Below, piece by piece: positions 60,438-64,000 of a DNA stretch of 64,000 nt (position 1 is its first letter; each line of letters starts with the position of its first letter). Source of the stretch: Patescibacteria group bacterium (GTDB lineage Bacteria > Patescibacteriota > Patescibacteriia > UBA10025 > JAHIVO01); NCBI GenBank assembly GCA_041660605.1, contig JBAZWB010000001.1, forward strand, positions 393,295 through 457,294, given 5' to 3'. Below the pieces are notes generated by a model that was not told the origin of the DNA, ran no database searches, and saw only the letters and a program-made list of their open reading frames with translations. The position numbers were made by a program, and so were the translations under genes.

Positions 60438-61172
60438 ATGGCAGAGAATAGCATGAAAAACCTGCTTAAGGCGGTTCTTCGCGAACCAGTCGGAAAACAG
60501 GTGGAAAAAATACGCAGGGACAGCAAAATACCGGCAGTTTTATACGGCCGGGCATTTAAAAATGTCAATTTGCTGGTGGATTACAAGGAATTCGAGAAAA
60601 TTTTTCGGCAGGCTGGTACGAGCAGTCTGGTTGACTTGGTCATTGGCGATCAGCCGCCGGTGAAGGTGCTGATACACGATATTCAGAAGCACCCGGTTAG
60701 CGATAAGCTGTTTCATATTGATTTCCTCAAGATAAAAATGGACGAAAAGATCATAACTGAAATTGAGCTGTCGTTCGTCGGAGAATCAAAGGCAGTCAAG
60801 GAGTCAGGTGGCATTTTGGTAAAAAATCTTACACATTTGAAAATCGAAAGCTTACCGCAGGATTTGGTTCATGAGATTCAGGTGGATATTTCGTCACTCA
60901 TGACTTTTGAAGATGCGATACGTCTGCGTGATATAAAATTGCCCAAAGGCATCTCTCTTAAGGAAAAAGAGGATATTGTTGTGGTCAAAGTGCAGCCGCC
61001 GCGCACTGAAGAGGAGTTGAAAGCGCTGGAAGAAAAGCCGGAAGAAACAGTTGAGGAAGTGGCTAAGGTCGGTGAGGATAAGAAAGAAGAGGGCGAAGCA
61101 GCGGAAGGCGAAGAGGGCGAAGCAGACAAAAAAGCGGAAAAGAAAGATGAAAAAAAGCCTGAGAAAAAGTAG
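60438..61172 (+). CDS. rplY: 50S ribosomal protein L25 (long Ctc form)
   Basis: IPAVLYG, DIQKHPV, HIDF, acidic tail. Confidence 0.95.
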   Translation: MAENSMKNLLKAVLREPVGKQVEKIRRDSKIPAVLYGRAFKNVNLLVDYKEFEKIFRQAGTSSLVDLVIGDQPPVKVLIHDIQKHPVSDKLFHIDFLKIKMDEKIITEIELSFVGESKAVKESGGILVKNLTHLKIESLPQDLVHEIQVDISSLMTFEDAIRLRDIKLPKGISLKEKEDIVVVKVQPPRTEEELKALEEKPEETVEEVAKVGEDKKEEGEAAEGEEGEADKKAEKKDEKKPEKK

Positions 61173-61196
61173 CTTACTTATTTTTACTTTAAATAT

Positions 61197-62273
61197 ATGG
61201 CAGGTGCAAAAGATAATAACAAAGACTATATCTGGGGGAAAAGAAAAAATACCAAGATGATCATTCTGATCGTTACCGGCGTGGTAGTAATCGCCGGTGC
61301 GCTCGGCTACGTGATTTTTGGCATGGACTGGCAGGACGATATTAACAATCTGGTTAATACCAACCGCCCGCCAAAAGAAAATTTGGTGCGGCGCGCCCTT
61401 GATGGCGTCTATGTCCCCGCTGATCAGTCGAATTATTATCCTCTGGCAGTCATGATTGAAAATTTTGTTTCTTCGCGGCCGCCATCCAGCCTTTCCAGGG
61501 CTGGCGTGGTATATGAAGCTCTGGCCGAGGGAGGCATTACGCGATTTATGGCGATTTATACCTGCCAATCTGCGTCATTGCCGGAAATCGGACCAGTTCG
61601 TTCAGCACGGCCTTATTATATAGATTGGCTGCTTGAATATAATGCATTATACGCTCATATGGGAGGCAGTCCGCAGGCTCTGACGGATATCAGCCAAAAT
61701 CATGTATTGGATGTCAATCAGGGGCAATATTACTGGCGCGACGAAACCCGTAATCTGCCGACTGAGCATACTCTCTATACTTCCGGAGAAAAGCTGGCTT
61801 TTGCCCTGCGGGATAAGAAAATCGAAGGGCAGGGGGATTACCGTTTATGGAAATTTAAGGATGACGCTGCTGTTTCAGACAGGCCAACGGAAGAAAAAAA
61901 TATCACCATAGAATTTTCTTCGTTTAATTATAATGTCGAATACAAGTATAATTCCAAGAATAATAATTACCTCCGCTACCAGGCCGGCGAAGTGCATAAA
62001 GACAGGGATGGCGCCGAGATTGCCGCCAAAGACGTGGTTGTTCAGAAGGTGAAAACCAGCCTGATAGATGCGCAGAGATTAAGCATGGTGACAGTCGGCG
62101 AAGGCGAGGCGATAATTTTCCGTGATGGACGGGCGGTAGTTGGCACCTGGAAAAAAGAATCAAAAACCGGAAGAACTGTTTTTTATGACGGCAGTAACAA
62201 TGAAATAGCATTTAATGCCGGACCGATCTGGATCGAAGTAGTACCGACAGACCGTAATGTGCAGTACAACTAA
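61197..62273 (+). CDS. DUF3048 domain protein (copy 1)
   Basis: PLAVMIEN, VYEALAEGGITRF, PVRSARPYY, HMGGS, G.IWIEV. Confidence 0.88.
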   Translation: MAGAKDNNKDYIWGKRKNTKMIILIVTGVVVIAGALGYVIFGMDWQDDINNLVNTNRPPKENLVRRALDGVYVPADQSNYYPLAVMIENFVSSRPPSSLSRAGVVYEALAEGGITRFMAIYTCQSASLPEIGPVRSARPYYIDWLLEYNALYAHMGGSPQALTDISQNHVLDVNQGQYYWRDETRNLPTEHTLYTSGEKLAFALRDKKIEGQGDYRLWKFKDDAAVSDRPTEEKNITIEFSSFNYNVEYKYNSKNNNYLRYQAGEVHKDRDGAEIAAKDVVVQKVKTSLIDAQRLSMVTVGEGEAIIFRDGRAVVGTWKKESKTGRTVFYDGSNNEIAFNAGPIWIEVVPTDRNVQYN

Positions 62274-62301
62274 AAAATTTCCGTTTTTTTCAAAAACAAA
62301 A

Positions 62302-63468
62302 ATGAAAAAGAAAAACGATAATTCAAGGCTTTTATATTCTCCAAGAACCGACAGACAGCAGGAATGGCTGTGGTTTTTAGGCATTTTTTTAGCAGCCGTG
62401 TTTTTTTCCTGGTGGTACGGAATTATGCTGGGCCAGAGCCAATGGAAGCTTTTTGATTTTTACCTAAATGGTACTGGGCGCAGTGCGGTAGTGGTAGGAC
62501 AGAGTACGGATACGACAGATAGTACGGCTGACAATACAGTCGTACAGCCTGTATCTAGCCCATACCGTTTGCTTGACGGGCTGAACGTCGGTGCCGATAA
62601 AGCGCATTTTTGGCCCTATGCCGTAATGATAGAAAATTTGCTGACTGTCAGACCGCAAAGCGGACTGTCACAGGCTTCAGTTGTTTATGAAGCATTGGCC
62701 GAGGGCGGATCAACCAGGTTTATGGCGGTTTTTGATCCTTCTGAAAAAATACCGGAATTAATGCCGGTCAGGTCAGCCAGGCCATACTATCTGGAGTGGG
62801 CTTCGGAATACGGAGTATTATACGCTCACGCGGGCGGCAGCCCGAAGGCCCTGACCGTTATCAGGGAAATCCCGGATTTTCATGATTTAGACGCTCTTTC
62901 CTCAAATTCAAAATATTTTTGGCGTGATACCAGTAAAGCCGCTCCGCATAATTTAGTAACGTCGTCTGATAAGATGAATTTCGCCCTGCGCGATAAGGGT
63001 CTGCTGGATAAGCTGGCCGATTTCAGCACCTGGATATTTAAAGACGAAGCGGCGCTGGCAGATCGGGGTGACGACGGCAAGAAAGTTACTTTTAATTTTT
63101 CTTCCGGCCTGACCTACAAAGTAGAGTTTGTTTATAATCAAGCGGAGAACGTTTATCTGCGATTTAACGCCGGTCAGCCGCATCTGGATAAAAATACCAA
63201 TCAGCAAATTAAGGTTAAAAATGTTATTGTCCAGTTGACTCCAGAACCGGAACTGGACGGCGGCAAAGGGCGGCTGGATATCTATGTTGGCGGAGAAGGC
63301 AAGGCCTGGGTGTTCCGTGACGGGCAGGCCATAGAAGCAGTCTGGAAAAAAGCCACGCGGACAGACCGCACCAGATTTTATGATCTGAATGGCCAGGAAA
63401 TACAGCTAGACCGCGGGAATACCTGGATCCACGTGATTTCCAAAACACAGGAAGTTACCTATCAATAA
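62302..63468 (+). CDS. DUF3048 domain protein (copy 2)
   Basis: PYAVMIEN, RPQSGLS, EGGSTRF, PVRSARPYY, APHNL; start moved to ATG 62302. Confidence 0.88.
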   Translation: MKKKNDNSRLLYSPRTDRQQEWLWFLGIFLAAVFFSWWYGIMLGQSQWKLFDFYLNGTGRSAVVVGQSTDTTDSTADNTVVQPVSSPYRLLDGLNVGADKAHFWPYAVMIENLLTVRPQSGLSQASVVYEALAEGGSTRFMAVFDPSEKIPELMPVRSARPYYLEWASEYGVLYAHAGGSPKALTVIREIPDFHDLDALSSNSKYFWRDTSKAAPHNLVTSSDKMNFALRDKGLLDKLADFSTWIFKDEAALADRGDDGKKVTFNFSSGLTYKVEFVYNQAENVYLRFNAGQPHLDKNTNQQIKVKNVIVQLTPEPELDGGKGRLDIYVGGEGKAWVFRDGQAIEAVWKKATRTDRTRFYDLNGQEIQLDRGNTWIHVISKTQEVTYQ

Positions 63469-63654
63469 TTATTATAATAAAATAAGCCGGCGGTGTGAGA
63501 AGATCAGACCGACGAGTTTTGGATTTCAGGAATTAGTTTGAGGCAGGCTATTGATGAAAATGGATCTGGCTCCTGGTTGGATGCCTGAATTTGTATTTGA
63601 GCCAAAATAAAAATGTGGCTGTCTGTAATCTCTTCACAGACAGCCACCAGAAAG

Positions 63655-63999
63655 TCAGCAAGGTACTTTTTCGTCATTTGTGACGAGGTCTTCATCGGTC
63701 GAACTCCCCAATAACGGTGGACTATTAATCTCCTTTTTCACTAGTCGACCTCCTTCAATCACATAAACAGTGCCTTTGCGAGCCTCCTCGATGTAGAATG
63801 ACTTCAGGTTTGCCAAAGGCACTGATTCCTCTGTGCGTTCATCTCCGTAGAAAACCACGCTGAGAACAGCACCAGTCAGCGAGATGCTAGTTACCAAACC
63901 GCTTATCCATCCGGTTGGTAAGATCTGGCAGCGCATGAGAAAAAGTCCATCTTCGTCTGATGCCTGAAAATCGGGAATTATGGAACCTCCATTGCCAAG
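63655..63999 (-). CDS. Hypothetical protein, 5' end outside window
   Basis: Reading frame stays open from 63936 to the window edge (LGNGGSIIPDFQASDEDGLFLM...). Confidence 0.5.
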   Translation of the reverse strand, partial: LGNGGSIIPDFQASDEDGLFLMRCQILPTGWISGLVTSISLTGAVLSVVFYGDERTEESVPLANLKSFYIEEARKGTVYVIEGGRLVKKEINSPPLLGSSTDEDLVTNDEKVPC

Positions 64000-64000
64000 C

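Noticed and set aside
60894-61568. Long antisense and overlapping ORFs in the track (also 299-811, 8082-8603, 26457-27239)
   Set aside because: Shadows of well-supported genes on the opposite strand, with no independent signals.

Overview
Gene-dense bacterial chromosome segment, standard genetic code (TGA is used as stop). It most likely comes from a Patescibacteria/CPR (Parcubacteria-like) genome; this is inferred from SD-less or leaderless core genes, a UvrD-PD-(D/E)XK fusion, short atpH, tandem DUF3048-like genes and gyrB without an adjacent gyrA. Core content: two tatD, rmuC, a full atpIBEFHAGDC operon, pheST, gyrB, secE-nusG-rplK-(insert)-rplA, a dTTP-synthesis cluster (dCMP deaminase, dut, thyA, folA, tmk), gatB, carAB, hpf, miaA, miaB, thrS, maf, dnaE, rodA, rplY. 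Accessory patches (about 3.1-7.3, 15.6-20.6 and 44.8-50.1 kb) carry a gingipain-like C25 protease, an M23/FG-GAP protein with a T9SS-type tail and self-contained orphan genes. Most notable non-obvious signals: (i) a family of 7-nt-periodic inverted-repeat elements at gene junctions, seen with cargo (a four-helix-bundle gene between pheS and pheT), empty, and as solo arms; (ii) a 30-nt double hairpin inserted in frame in a CYTH gene; (iii) an about 205-nt structured ncRNA candidate upstream of an RRM gene, plus a 6S-like candidate; (iv) a T-box riboswitch separated from thrS by maf; (v) carAB with a pyrL-like attenuator. No CRISPR array, rRNA, tRNA, transposase or integrase was recognised. All family assignments are by eye from motifs; no searches were run.
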